64,000 nucleotides of DNA from a virus: the IMG/VR virus record IMGVR_UViG_3300021963_000086, positions 1 to 64,000 of that record; one strand, written 5' to 3'. Shown here piece after piece: positions 1 to 8,840 of this stretch. Made by a program: the position numbers and the translations under genes. The notes under the pieces are model-generated. The model had not been told where the DNA came from. It made no database searches and worked only from the letters and a program-made list of their open reading frames with translations. Positions within the stretch are counted from its first letter, which is position 1, and each line of letters begins with the position of its first letter.

Positions 1-59
1 CCCATAAAGGGTAACTACCTACGCCGGGAATTTCTATTTTTTGAGCCATTATCTACGCA

Positions 60-67
60 TATAAATA
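60..67 (+). promoter_or_regulatory. T4-type late promoter TATAAATA
   Basis: Exact T4 gp55 consensus about 40 nt upstream of a structural gene; a gp55 homolog is in the window. Confidence 0.65.
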
Positions 68-106
68 AACGTGTAGTTCAACACATATATATTTATTGGA
101 GTAAAA

Positions 107-979
107 ATGAACCAAAATAACCAGTTCAACCCACTGGCTCAGTACACACGCAGAACAGCTAGATATGTAAAATTGCCTAGCGGAGGGCAATTTTATACTA
201 AAGGTATCGATTTGGCTGATAACGGAGAACTTGCAGTTTATCCTATGACTGCTAAAGACGAGCTTTTACTTAAGAGTCCCGATGCTTTATTAAACGGCGA
301 AGCTGTAAAAACAGTTTTACGCAACTGTGTTCCCGGCATTGCTGATCCAGGCGAAATTCCTACTATTGACTTAGAACTTATCCTAGTTGCAATCCGCATG
401 TCAACTTATGGTGATAATATGGATATGGAAGTTACTCACCAGTGTAGTCCAGATAAAGAACATACCAGTACTGCATCTGTTAATCTAGGCAACCTATTAG
501 ATTCTGCAACTTATTACAGCGGTGATCCAATGGTAATTCGTATGCCAAATGGATTGCTTGCAGAAATTCGTCCTTATACCATGAGTGACAGAAATAAAGT
601 GTCAATGGCTACATGGGAACAAATGAGTCACATGAATCAAGTCGACAACGACAAAACTGCTGATGCTACTAAGAAACTTAAAGAAGCAAGTGCAGGAGTC
701 AGCAAGTTAATCACTGTAACGTTAGACATTGTATGTAATTCTGTAATTAAAGTAACAACCCCAGACGGTACTGAAGTAACAGATCAACGCTTTATCAAAG
801 ATTGGGTTAATAATCTAGAAAAATCAGAGTTTGACATTATCGATAAAGGTATTAAAAGTCTAATGGATATCGGCATTGCAAAAGAAATGCATCTAAAGTG
901 CGAGAATTGCGGAGAAGACTTTACTACTACTATTAATTTTAACCCTAGCGATTTTTTCGCGCAAGGCTTACCGAGCTAA
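107..979 (+). CDS. Baseplate hub assembly protein / tail assembly chaperone, T4 gp26-like
   Basis: LPSGG-FY start, PMTAKDELLL, DLELILVAIR..TYG, C-terminal CxxC and ...DFF; GGAG RBS. Confidence 0.75.
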   Translation: MNQNNQFNPLAQYTRRTARYVKLPSGGQFYTKGIDLADNGELAVYPMTAKDELLLKSPDALLNGEAVKTVLRNCVPGIADPGEIPTIDLELILVAIRMSTYGDNMDMEVTHQCSPDKEHTSTASVNLGNLLDSATYYSGDPMVIRMPNGLLAEIRPYTMSDRNKVSMATWEQMSHMNQVDNDKTADATKKLKEASAGVSKLITVTLDIVCNSVIKVTTPDGTEVTDQRFIKDWVNNLEKSEFDIIDKGIKSLMDIGIAKEMHLKCENCGEDFTTTINFNPSDFFAQGLPS

Positions 980-1038
980 AAGAACAGCCAGCTGAGCTAG
1001 CCAAATTTGTATCAGGGCTAGAAGAGGACGGGAAAGCC

Positions 1039-1191
1039 ATGAAAACAGACCTCATGACGTTGGCCATAGTATCAAACATGTCGTACGATAGCATTGTTGA
1101 AATGAGTAATGATGAAAGAAATGCTTTAGCAGATGCCCTTAAAGCCAGAGCAGAAGCAGAAGAAAAGGCATATAAATCAGCGAAACGCTAA
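1039..1191 (+). CDS. Small gp51/gpE'-like chaperone segment (50 aa), possibly made as a -1 frameshift extension of 107..979
   Basis: Not in the ORF track; frame open from 952 to TAA at 1189-1191; MSYDSIVEMSNDERNAL resembles gp51/GT-type tails. Confidence 0.55.
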   Translation: MKTDLMTLAIVSNMSYDSIVEMSNDERNALADALKARAEAEEKAYKSAKR

Positions 1192-1696
1192 TCTATTATG
1201 TCGGCTGTGTAAACACAGCCTAATCTTCATGTTACTTCGTAACATTCGATTAATTTTTTATCTATCGAACGAAGATCATATATTTTTAGAATGATTAAGT
1301 ATTATCCTGAGTTCAGTCACACTTAGCCTTAAGCACAAGGCTAAGATGTTTGACATTATCCTTCATCCATATGTCACACTCTAATTAAGCAACTTGTATT
1401 GACCAAGAAAGGGCGGTCACGCTGTACCCTTTTATGCTAGACTTTGACGCAATCACACAACACTATTAGAGCAGTTTGTGTAACCTGTGAGTTGTAATTG
1501 TTCACCAGAGCTCACTCGTTTTAGCTTTACGTATACTAAACCCAGTTCTTTTCAAGCAATTGAACTTCGTCCTGTTAAGGATAGTGGTTTTAGTCTCTGC
1601 TACGGCGCAGAAGTTCCGTCCCTGTGCTCACGCCTGGCCAGGTCTAGGGCGCATAGTAATCAGCCTGCGCTAGCTTATCCGTAGTGTTAGCCTGTA
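1192..1696 (-). ncRNA. Candidate large structured non-coding element (ncRNA or origin); strand inferred
   Basis: 505 nt without a credible gene in a gene-dense genome, with about ten hairpins (e.g. 1203-1220, 1229-1245, 1322-1345, 1408-1432, 1649-1670). Confidence 0.5.
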
Positions 1697-2131
1697 TTAG
1701 CCGTTTAATTTGTCTTTAATATGGGAGCCATGTACTCGAACCTGGATGTGACCGTTGTACCAGTCTGCAGATTCTAAAACCTTATGTGTAAATTGTTCTC
1801 TAGCCTCTATGTATGAGCATTCTGCCTTTGATTTGCAATAGTATAAAATTTCTCGTGTAAAATTTTCTTTGCCTAGGTTTTGTACGTCTTTGTTGAGTTG
1901 ATCGTTTGAGCCATAGTAGTCGCGCCAATCTGAATCAATCTTGGAGCGAATCTTCTTTTTCTTTTTGTTGCCGTTTTTAAGTTTTACTGTTTTGTATGTG
2001 GTTTTTGAGAATTTTGCTAGTTTTTTGCCTATATATTTGCGTCCGTTAGTGTTATTAGTAATAAGATACACGAATCCTATACAATCTTCCGGAAGTGTTT
2101 CTACAGGAATACCTTGAAATAACCATGTCAT
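1697..2131 (-). CDS. Stand-alone GIY-YIG family endonuclease-like protein
   Basis: GFVYLITN...YIGKK motif, YYGS, conserved E..EQ and YN; basic KKKKKIR insert. Confidence 0.8.
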   Translation of the reverse strand: MTWLFQGIPVETLPEDCIGFVYLITNNTNGRKYIGKKLAKFSKTTYKTVKLKNGNKKKKKIRSKIDSDWRDYYGSNDQLNKDVQNLGKENFTREILYYCKSKAECSYIEAREQFTHKVLESADWYNGHIQVRVHGSHIKDKLNG

Positions 2132-2149
2132 ACCCTACTAGTTATCTGT

Positions 2150-2806
2150 TTAGATCTGTCCTATCAGATCTTTGAGATTGGGCCGTGTATAGTAAATGAA
2201 TGTTACTGCGGCACGTTCATAAACACGATTTACTTCTTCTACCGTATTACACTCGTTTATTTCCCTAACCGTTTGTAAACGGGCCATTTCAAGTTTGTAT
2301 AGTGTTGTATCTTCTTCTTCTAATTTGAATTTGATTAATTTGATTGCCTGTTCATGTGTAATTTTGTGTGCCTTAGCGAACCCGTGTACCCATTTGTTAT
2401 CCCAGTCATTATTTTTTTGAATAGTTAAGTAACGATTGAAAGTTTCCTTGTCATCAAAACTTCTTGCCATTGTATAGATAAATTCTAAGCTGTTAATAAA
2501 GTATGCAAGTGCATAGCACTTGGCTTTAATAGTATAAACTTGTTGTCTTTTCTCTTCTGTAACATAATGAAAATCGTCTCTTAACTCTACTTTTTCAGGG
2601 CCAAGGTTATAAACTCTAAAATTGTTAATTTCATTGTACATATTAAAATTTACATAACCTCTGTAAATTTTTAAATTTAATCCTAAATGCGCTACAGGCG
2701 GTACAGTGATATCACTGCTAACGTCAGTAGTGTACCAAATAACCAAGTTAGTATCTTGGAGACAAAGCATTTTACATCTATGATAAAAATGACTAGGTGC
2801 TTTCAT
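2150..2806 (-). CDS. Partner protein of AsnB-like ligase with a C-terminal tail-fibre-chaperone-like helical domain
   Basis: C-terminal EQAIKLIKFK..E.ARL...INECNTVEEV parallels 49703..50323; 4-nt overlap with the upstream ligase gene. Confidence 0.5.
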   Translation of the reverse strand: MKAPSHFYHRCKMLCLQDTNLVIWYTTDVSSDITVPPVAHLGLNLKIYRGYVNFNMYNEINNFRVYNLGPEKVELRDDFHYVTEEKRQQVYTIKAKCYALAYFINSLEFIYTMARSFDDKETFNRYLTIQKNNDWDNKWVHGFAKAHKITHEQAIKLIKFKLEEEDTTLYKLEMARLQTVREINECNTVEEVNRVYERAAVTFIYYTRPNLKDLIGQI

Positions 2807-3873
2807 ATGATTATAAGATCAGTAATATCATCAGTAGATTTAAACTGTCCGTCTTGTTTGTATATAATTGTCTTTTGCATAGTGCGTACAGTATGCTTTT
2901 GGCTGTAGAGCTTTTCCTTGTTCTTAACGTAGGCTTCGTCTTTGGTAAAATCAAAGATATATCTTTTCGGAAAATCTCTAAAGTCGCTGGTACTTTTAAA
3001 AGTAGGATTAGTGCTCATATACTCAAATGAATATGTAGCAAACTCATGATCGTAATAAAATCTAAAGACCTTATGATCATCATTATCAATACCCGTTACA
3101 TCGTAGTCTGACCAAACATAGGGTCTTACTAATTCATCTTGCCCGGCAAAGGCCTGACTAAACCACCAAGCCAGTTGACTAACAGAATTAATTTCAAAAG
3201 GCGCATGTTCTCTTAATCCTTCGATCACAGGTTCCACACATTTGCCTTCTGGATCGATTGCTCTCCAAACTTTTTCTAGTTCTTCTTTAGGTAAGTCAAT
3301 TGACTTACCCCCGTCAGGCCACCATTGATGTAGATCTTGAGTACCTATAATATAGTCTCCGATGTCACCAGTAATCAGCATTAGATTAGGATCATTCATA
3401 TCTCGCTGATGATCCATAGCCATAATGGGAATGTTAGGAAGTATAAATTCGTAGAATAGTTTAGAGTATTCTAAGATGCTACTGCTGGTCATGTTAAGTA
3501 CAAACTGCCCAGCTTCTAGTTTTTCTTTAAATCTAGGATGTTGTGCTAGAGCACATAGAACCTGTACGCTGTCAATACCTCCGCTATAACAAAGACTAAT
3601 AACTCTATCACCTGCTATACGATATATTTTGTCAGCAACAGAATCAGTAATTGCCACATATCTATCATACCAATCATTGGTCAAATTTGATAGATTATAT
3701 GTTACGGGTTTCATAATTACTTCTGCTTTAAGATCTCTTACGTTTTTTAATACGCCAAAACGATCTGCACCGAATTCGTAATGATTCGATATAAGTCTGT
3801 AATTCTTACGCCAACTAGGACTGTTAAATCTTAATGCAGACCAATTGGCCCATACATAGGTACGTTCACTCAT
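2803..3873 (-). CDS. AsnB synthetase-domain-like (PP-loop) ATP-dependent ligase, subtype A
   Basis: YSGGIDS PP-loop plus LITGDIGD (compare AsnB SGEGADE); no glutaminase domain. Confidence 0.7.
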   Translation of the reverse strand: MSERTYVWANWSALRFNSPSWRKNYRLISNHYEFGADRFGVLKNVRDLKAEVIMKPVTYNLSNLTNDWYDRYVAITDSVADKIYRIAGDRVISLCYSGGIDSVQVLCALAQHPRFKEKLEAGQFVLNMTSSSILEYSKLFYEFILPNIPIMAMDHQRDMNDPNLMLITGDIGDYIIGTQDLHQWWPDGGKSIDLPKEELEKVWRAIDPEGKCVEPVIEGLREHAPFEINSVSQLAWWFSQAFAGQDELVRPYVWSDYDVTGIDNDDHKVFRFYYDHEFATYSFEYMSTNPTFKSTSDFRDFPKRYIFDFTKDEAYVKNKEKLYSQKHTVRTMQKTIIYKQDGQFKSTDDITDLIII

Positions 3874-5443
3874 CTGTGTAAATGTTGTCTTTTAAGTATT
3901 GGTATAGGGTCGGTGAATTATTTGCGGCCTCTTGCCATCTTGCTTTTTTAATCTCAAAACTTTCAACTATTCCATTAACGTCAGGTAACTGATTATCTAG
4001 TTTAATGTCTACAGAATCTAATAGCAAGTAATTTAATCCTGTAGAAATCCAGGTTATACCTTGTGTGGGGTCTATGGAATTAATATGCATCTTTGTATCA
4101 GCCAAAGGATAAAAGCCTTGACCAGTATTTGGTTTAAGGTTTTCAATTCCTGGACAATATGTACGATTAGCATTGGCCTTCCAGTACTCTGTATCGTCCC
4201 TTACACTGAGAGCATAATGTTGTGCCACAAATTCTGCAAAGTTCCTAAAGATTGCAAAAGTAGAAGCGTTATAAGCATCTTTTTCCCATTGTGTAATAGC
4301 AGGACGTTGTAAAACTTTTATTAACTTGAATAAGAATTGGTGAACACTAAACAATCCGTTGGATTCTAAAGGTTCAATGAATCCTGCACTTAACCCAATC
4401 GCAACTACGTTTTTAACAAAGGTGCGTTCATGAATACCTACACGCATTTCGATATTTTTGTATTCTAGCGCATCTACTTCTTCTCTAGTTCGAGGATATA
4501 ACATTTTATCACTCATTAGATATTGTTTGAATTGCTCTAGTGCATCAGCATCATTAATAAACTTATCACTATAAACATAGCCTGTACCTAAACGCGACCA
4601 TAATGGAATATTCCAAACCCAGCCATTGTCAATAGCAGTACAGTTTGTAAACGGCTCTAATTCTGTTTCTTTATTTTTATAAGGTAAACGAGTTGCCCAT
4701 GCCTTGTTATTAGGTAGCATATCACTATAACTGATAAATGGTTCATTGAGTGCGTTTAGCAACAAACTCTTAAATCCAGTGCAATCAATAAACAAATCGC
4801 CCTCGACTCTATTCAACGGATTGCTTTCAAGTTGTAAACTTTGTATACCATGTTGTCTTACGTGTACATAAACAACATCATCTTCAATACGTTTAACACC
4901 CCGCGGCAAACAATAACGATCACGCAACCATGCACCAAACTTTGTAGCATCAAAATGATATGCGACATCTCTATTTGGGTTGAAGTTGTCAAATGTCATA
5001 TCTTTGTTAGGATTATATTTGTTGTTTTCAAATAATGCGGCACTAGGGAAATAGCATCGCGCAAAATCTTGTACAGGTGTTTCAGGGTGAACATGTTTCT
5101 TGTAATACCAATCGTAGATTCCTGTCTGCGTCCCGTCTAATAACACCCGGCCAAATGGATAATGGAAGCTACCGGCATTCTTTTCATAAAAATCCGTAAA
5201 CTTGATACTAAGTTTGTAGCTAGCATCAGTAAATTCCATAAAGTCTTTTTCGTCTATTTCTAACCAATTAGTATAGTCTCTAATGCCACCAATAGTACTT
5301 TCGCCTACTCCAATAATAGGAATGTTAGGACTTTCAATTACTGTAATATCTTTGTCAGGAAATGTTTTAATAAGAATAGCGGCTGTCATCCAACCAGCAG
5401 ATCCTCCTCCTACAATTACAATTTTGTTGTTTGGTTTAATCAT
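3866..5443 (-). CDS. Flavin-dependent tryptophan halogenase family protein
   Basis: GGGSAGW FAD motif, GVGEST, ASYKLSIKF (catalytic Lys position), FIDCTGF, WVWNIP, FIEPLES. Confidence 0.9.
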   Translation of the reverse strand: MIKPNNKIVIVGGGSAGWMTAAILIKTFPDKDITVIESPNIPIIGVGESTIGGIRDYTNWLEIDEKDFMEFTDASYKLSIKFTDFYEKNAGSFHYPFGRVLLDGTQTGIYDWYYKKHVHPETPVQDFARCYFPSAALFENNKYNPNKDMTFDNFNPNRDVAYHFDATKFGAWLRDRYCLPRGVKRIEDDVVYVHVRQHGIQSLQLESNPLNRVEGDLFIDCTGFKSLLLNALNEPFISYSDMLPNNKAWATRLPYKNKETELEPFTNCTAIDNGWVWNIPLWSRLGTGYVYSDKFINDADALEQFKQYLMSDKMLYPRTREEVDALEYKNIEMRVGIHERTFVKNVVAIGLSAGFIEPLESNGLFSVHQFLFKLIKVLQRPAITQWEKDAYNASTFAIFRNFAEFVAQHYALSVRDDTEYWKANANRTYCPGIENLKPNTGQGFYPLADTKMHINSIDPTQGITWISTGLNYLLLDSVDIKLDNQLPDVNGIVESFEIKKARWQEAANNSPTLYQYLKDNIYTDE

Positions 5444-6557
5444 CTGTTCTCTCCGGTGTTTGTGTTGCTAATGTTATTTCCACTAGTTTTGTAGACTTTA
5501 ACACTATAGGATCTTTGCCCTCTATTAAATTGATCATTTCTTTGATAGGTAGTATTACTGCTTGTTTGTTATCGTCATTAACACCTGCCGCAGTTTTTAA
5601 TATATCTGTGTAATGCTTCATACGACTCTTAGGTAACTTGTTAATAAAGTTATCACGCATAACATTACCATACAGTTGTTCAAAGCCTGTATACTTGCGA
5701 GTAGGAATCATTTCTGGAAAGTGGCTCAACGCCATTTGCGGTTTAAACAAATAATGGAAACATCGCCACCAAGTGGCAGGATTTGGATGCCATACGCAGA
5801 ATGTGTCATAAATCATATCCTGTGCTCTATAATAGTTTTGCATAACAGGATCAGTTAAGTAGCTGTGGATTAGTTCTGGGCTCCACATATAAAATTTACT
5901 AGTACCCTCAAACCCGCTTTCAATCATGTGCTGTTCAATAGGCAAGGGTTTCATATACCAAGTTGGTGTGGAAAGACCATTAGACATTAAAGGTAATGAT
6001 TGGTTAGGGCAACTTGCAGGATTTACAACTACCATCATAATGTCACCGCCAGCCATGATATAGCAACGGTCTTTACAATGATCCATAGCCGCGGTCTGCA
6101 CAATAGTTTCAGCATTACTCATGCCGTATTTTTTAGCGTACTCTACACCTTTACCAGTATAATGTTTAGGCAAATCTAATACAAGTTCTTCGTAAGGTAC
6201 ATTAAACTTTTTGCAAAACTTATAAGCATTGTCTGTATCGTGACTATTAATAACGTTATTAAATTCGTCTTTATAAGTAACGATTAATGCAGTAAAAGGT
6301 ACTTTGGCTTCTATTAAGCTAAGGCAAACCATTTGACTATCGCTACCACCACTTAGTCCAACTACAATAGGTTTTGTTGTATTATTTGCAATGTCTTTGG
6401 AGGCCTGTACACATTCGTGGCGAAAGCCCAATGACGGGCGACTTAGTGTACCTATAGTAATTTTGTAGGGTTCGTCTGGAACTCGACGACCAAACCATTC
6501 ATCTCCCCAGCCCCATTTGTAATGGTTGTCTTTACTATACTGGAATTTAGGCTCCAT
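5436..6557 (-). CDS. AsnB-like PP-loop ligase, subtype B
   Basis: LSGGSDS; C-terminal RKYTGFE resembles the AsnB R.K.GF motif. Confidence 0.65.
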   Translation of the reverse strand: MEPKFQYSKDNHYKWGWGDEWFGRRVPDEPYKITIGTLSRPSLGFRHECVQASKDIANNTTKPIVVGLSGGSDSQMVCLSLIEAKVPFTALIVTYKDEFNNVINSHDTDNAYKFCKKFNVPYEELVLDLPKHYTGKGVEYAKKYGMSNAETIVQTAAMDHCKDRCYIMAGGDIMMVVVNPASCPNQSLPLMSNGLSTPTWYMKPLPIEQHMIESGFEGTSKFYMWSPELIHSYLTDPVMQNYYRAQDMIYDTFCVWHPNPATWWRCFHYLFKPQMALSHFPEMIPTRKYTGFEQLYGNVMRDNFINKLPKSRMKHYTDILKTAAGVNDDNKQAVILPIKEMINLIEGKDPIVLKSTKLVEITLATQTPERTDD

Positions 6558-7083
6558 GAGACCCCCACCATTGTCTAGATCTAGAGCCTATAGAAAAGAA
6601 AGGATAATCTATATCTAGTTTTAATTTATGCATCAAGTAAGATGTAAATGTATTGCAGTTATTTGTTAACAAGTTAAATTCTGTATTCTTAAAAGGATAC
6701 TCGTCACACGCAGATACAAAATCTTCATAATAAAGTTCTTTGTGCCAAGATCCAGGATTGCTTGCAGTATATACAAGTTTAGGATCAGCACCAAACCATC
6801 TGGCATTAGGATGTCTTATACTAATAAATGGCGCATGATCATAATATGAATCAGTACCATGATAAAGGATAGTTGCTTTTTGTACATCTAACGTTTCTCT
6901 ATCAGTGTATTCGACTGTTATATAATCTTTGTGTTTTTTAGACCATAGAGTAATATACGAATGCTTGCCACCTAAATAACCTTTAAGGTGCCATGCTCGT
7001 GCATTAATATAATGTATGCCGGTAGTACTTAATTCCATCGGCACTAAACTTTGATCACAAATACGCCAATCTTTAAAAATCAT
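6547..7083 (-). CDS. PPPDE / permuted papain-like (NlpC/P60) thiol peptidase
   Basis: His (KHSYI) precedes the FNLLTNNCNTF Cys motif. Confidence 0.7.
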   Translation of the reverse strand: MIFKDWRICDQSLVPMELSTTGIHYINARAWHLKGYLGGKHSYITLWSKKHKDYITVEYTDRETLDVQKATILYHGTDSYYDHAPFISIRHPNARWFGADPKLVYTASNPGSWHKELYYEDFVSACDEYPFKNTEFNLLTNNCNTFTSYLMHKLKLDIDYPFFSIGSRSRQWWGSHGA

Positions 7084-7919
7084 GCAGTTACCTTTTCAAA
7101 TTCCTTATAAGGGCTTGCAGGAGATTGCTCCATAAAGTAATAATTGTCATGTTGACGATCATAGGCTTTGCGCCAATTGGATTTATCAGTCTCCCAATCG
7201 CCAGTTGGTTGAGGATCGTGAATCATGTAATTATAAGTATCAACACCAGAAACCATTACTGTAGATTCTGGTGCTCTATTTAAAATAGGTTTACATTCTG
7301 TACTTGCAAAAATCATACCCATAGCAACACGACTAGTAGATGCTCTATTAGGACCAGATCCATGAATAATATAAGGACTGTGCAATAGTACGCTACCAGC
7401 CGGTACTGTAGTTTTAACACGCTCCTTAGGTAAATCTTCGTCCACAGTTTGGCCGCGCATTAAAAGATTAGTGTCAGTTTTAACATCTTTGTGTCTACGT
7501 TGAAAAACTCTATGACTGCCTTGTACATATTCAAGACTGCCGTGTTCAGGTACAACATCATCGAATGCGAACCATGCGGTAACTGCTAGATGTTTCTTGT
7601 CAAAGTTCCAATAAGTAGCATCTTGGTGGAAACTAACATCCTTGCCATCACCCGGCTTTTTAATCCAAAATAACGTGTCCCAACAATGAATATTCGGCCC
7701 AATAAGTTCAGTTAAGGCTTCTATCAGCTTAGGACTGCGACTAATGCGATCGACAAAAGGAAACAACACATTACTTTTACAACGATAGTCGCTGTTCATT
7801 AGTTTTAGTTGATCTTCGGTATCTAGTGCAATTTCTTTATAAGCTAGTGCTTCTTCTCTTGACATAATTTGAATAGGCCCCACCCATCCATTTTGTTCAA
7901 ATTGTTCTTTTAATGTCAT
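7080..7919 (-). CDS. Phytanoyl-CoA dioxygenase (PhyH) family Fe/2OG oxygenase
   Basis: FHQDATYW, AWFAFDD, GSLEYVQGSH, HGSGPN, R motifs. Confidence 0.9.
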   Translation of the reverse strand: MTLKEQFEQNGWVGPIQIMSREEALAYKEIALDTEDQLKLMNSDYRCKSNVLFPFVDRISRSPKLIEALTELIGPNIHCWDTLFWIKKPGDGKDVSFHQDATYWNFDKKHLAVTAWFAFDDVVPEHGSLEYVQGSHRVFQRRHKDVKTDTNLLMRGQTVDEDLPKERVKTTVPAGSVLLHSPYIIHGSGPNRASTSRVAMGMIFASTECKPILNRAPESTVMVSGVDTYNYMIHDPQPTGDWETDKSNWRKAYDRQHDNYYFMEQSPASPYKEFEKVTA

Positions 7920-8377
7920 GTTATATCCTTTTCAGTTCGATGAAACGTTATTCTTTTTCCTAAAGCAGTTAACGTATCCATCATCTTTTTGTTTTGAGAA
8001 TGCACATCGCTTCTCATTTTTTTACAACCTGCGGCTTTACCTAATGCTTCTAAATGTGTGTGTAAAAATTTATAAATTCCCCGGCCTCTAAACGGTTGTT
8101 CTACAGCGCCAGCATAAATTTGTATTAACTTGATATGTGCATCATCTTTAATTTCAAATGCAATCTCACCTACAACTTGACCATTTATTTCTGCATAAAT
8201 CACCTGTGTTCTATTGGTTGCAAGAAATATAGGTAACGACCAACCCTTGTCCATTAATTCTGCATGGTGTCTCATAAAAGGACTTATTGCCGGAGTGTAA
8301 GCAATTTGAGTAGAATGTTTGATAATTACTTCTGCTCCTTTTTTATCTGTAACGGTTGCTATAATTTTTTCAGTCAA
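7916..8377 (-). CDS. GNAT family acyltransferase
   Basis: FRGRGIY motif A; VHSQN. Confidence 0.8.
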   Translation of the reverse strand: MTEKIIATVTDKKGAEVIIKHSTQIAYTPAISPFMRHHAELMDKGWSLPIFLATNRTQVIYAEINGQVVGEIAFEIKDDAHIKLIQIYAGAVEQPFRGRGIYKFLHTHLEALGKAAGCKKMRSDVHSQNKKMMDTLTALGKRITFHRTEKDIT

Positions 8378-8840
8378 GATGTTTCACCATTCTAATAAAC
8401 TCAGGGACCATACCAACTTTAGCACAACTTTCTTGTCGTACTATGTTATTAACATGTACAATACTACCAATTCTATCACATCCTTCTTCTTTGGCAATTT
8501 TTTCTAACCAAGGATGTAAGGCAGTATATACACCTTTTCCTCTGTGTGTATCTTCTACACAACTTAATAAAATATACAACATTCTTTGTGTTGGGTGAAT
8601 TTCGTATATTATGGCCCCAACAATTGATCCCTTAAGGGTAGCGTAAACAGCACTACTATTATTAGATCCGCTCATAACTTGAAGTGCATGATCATTGTCA
8701 ATAAGTTGAGCCATATGGCGCATATAAAAACTACACACAGGGCTCATAGCAAGAGATTGACAGTCCCATAATTCAAGAACGTTTCCGTCCTTGTCTTTTG
8801 CTTTTGCAATAGCCCGATCTTTAGGAATTATCTTACTCAT
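8370..8840 (-). CDS. GNAT family acyltransferase
   Basis: HRGKGVY motif A; VHVNN. Confidence 0.8.
   Translation of the reverse strand: MSKIIPKDRAIAKAKDKDGNVLELWDCQSLAMSPVCSFYMRHMAQLIDNDHALQVMSGSNNSSAVYATLKGSIVGAIIYEIHPTQRMLYILLSCVEDTHRGKGVYTALHPWLEKIAKEEGCDRIGSIVHVNNIVRQESCAKVGMVPEFIRMVKHLD

Noticed and set aside
1487-1684. 65-aa ORF on + in the ORF track
   Set aside because: GTG start, no RBS, atypical composition, and it lies in the hairpin-dense element; likely spurious.
1400-1696. Group I intron (minus-strand CAGAGACTA at 1591-1599 resembles the R element; GIY-YIG adjacent)
   Set aside because: No convincing S element (AAGAUAUAGUC) and no interrupted host gene on either side.
1192-1696. 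tmRNA, RNase P RNA, tRNA or CRISPR array
   Set aside because: No GGGG.../CCA ends or T-loop, no GAGGAAAGUCC core, and only two short bipartite repeats rather than a repeat-spacer array.
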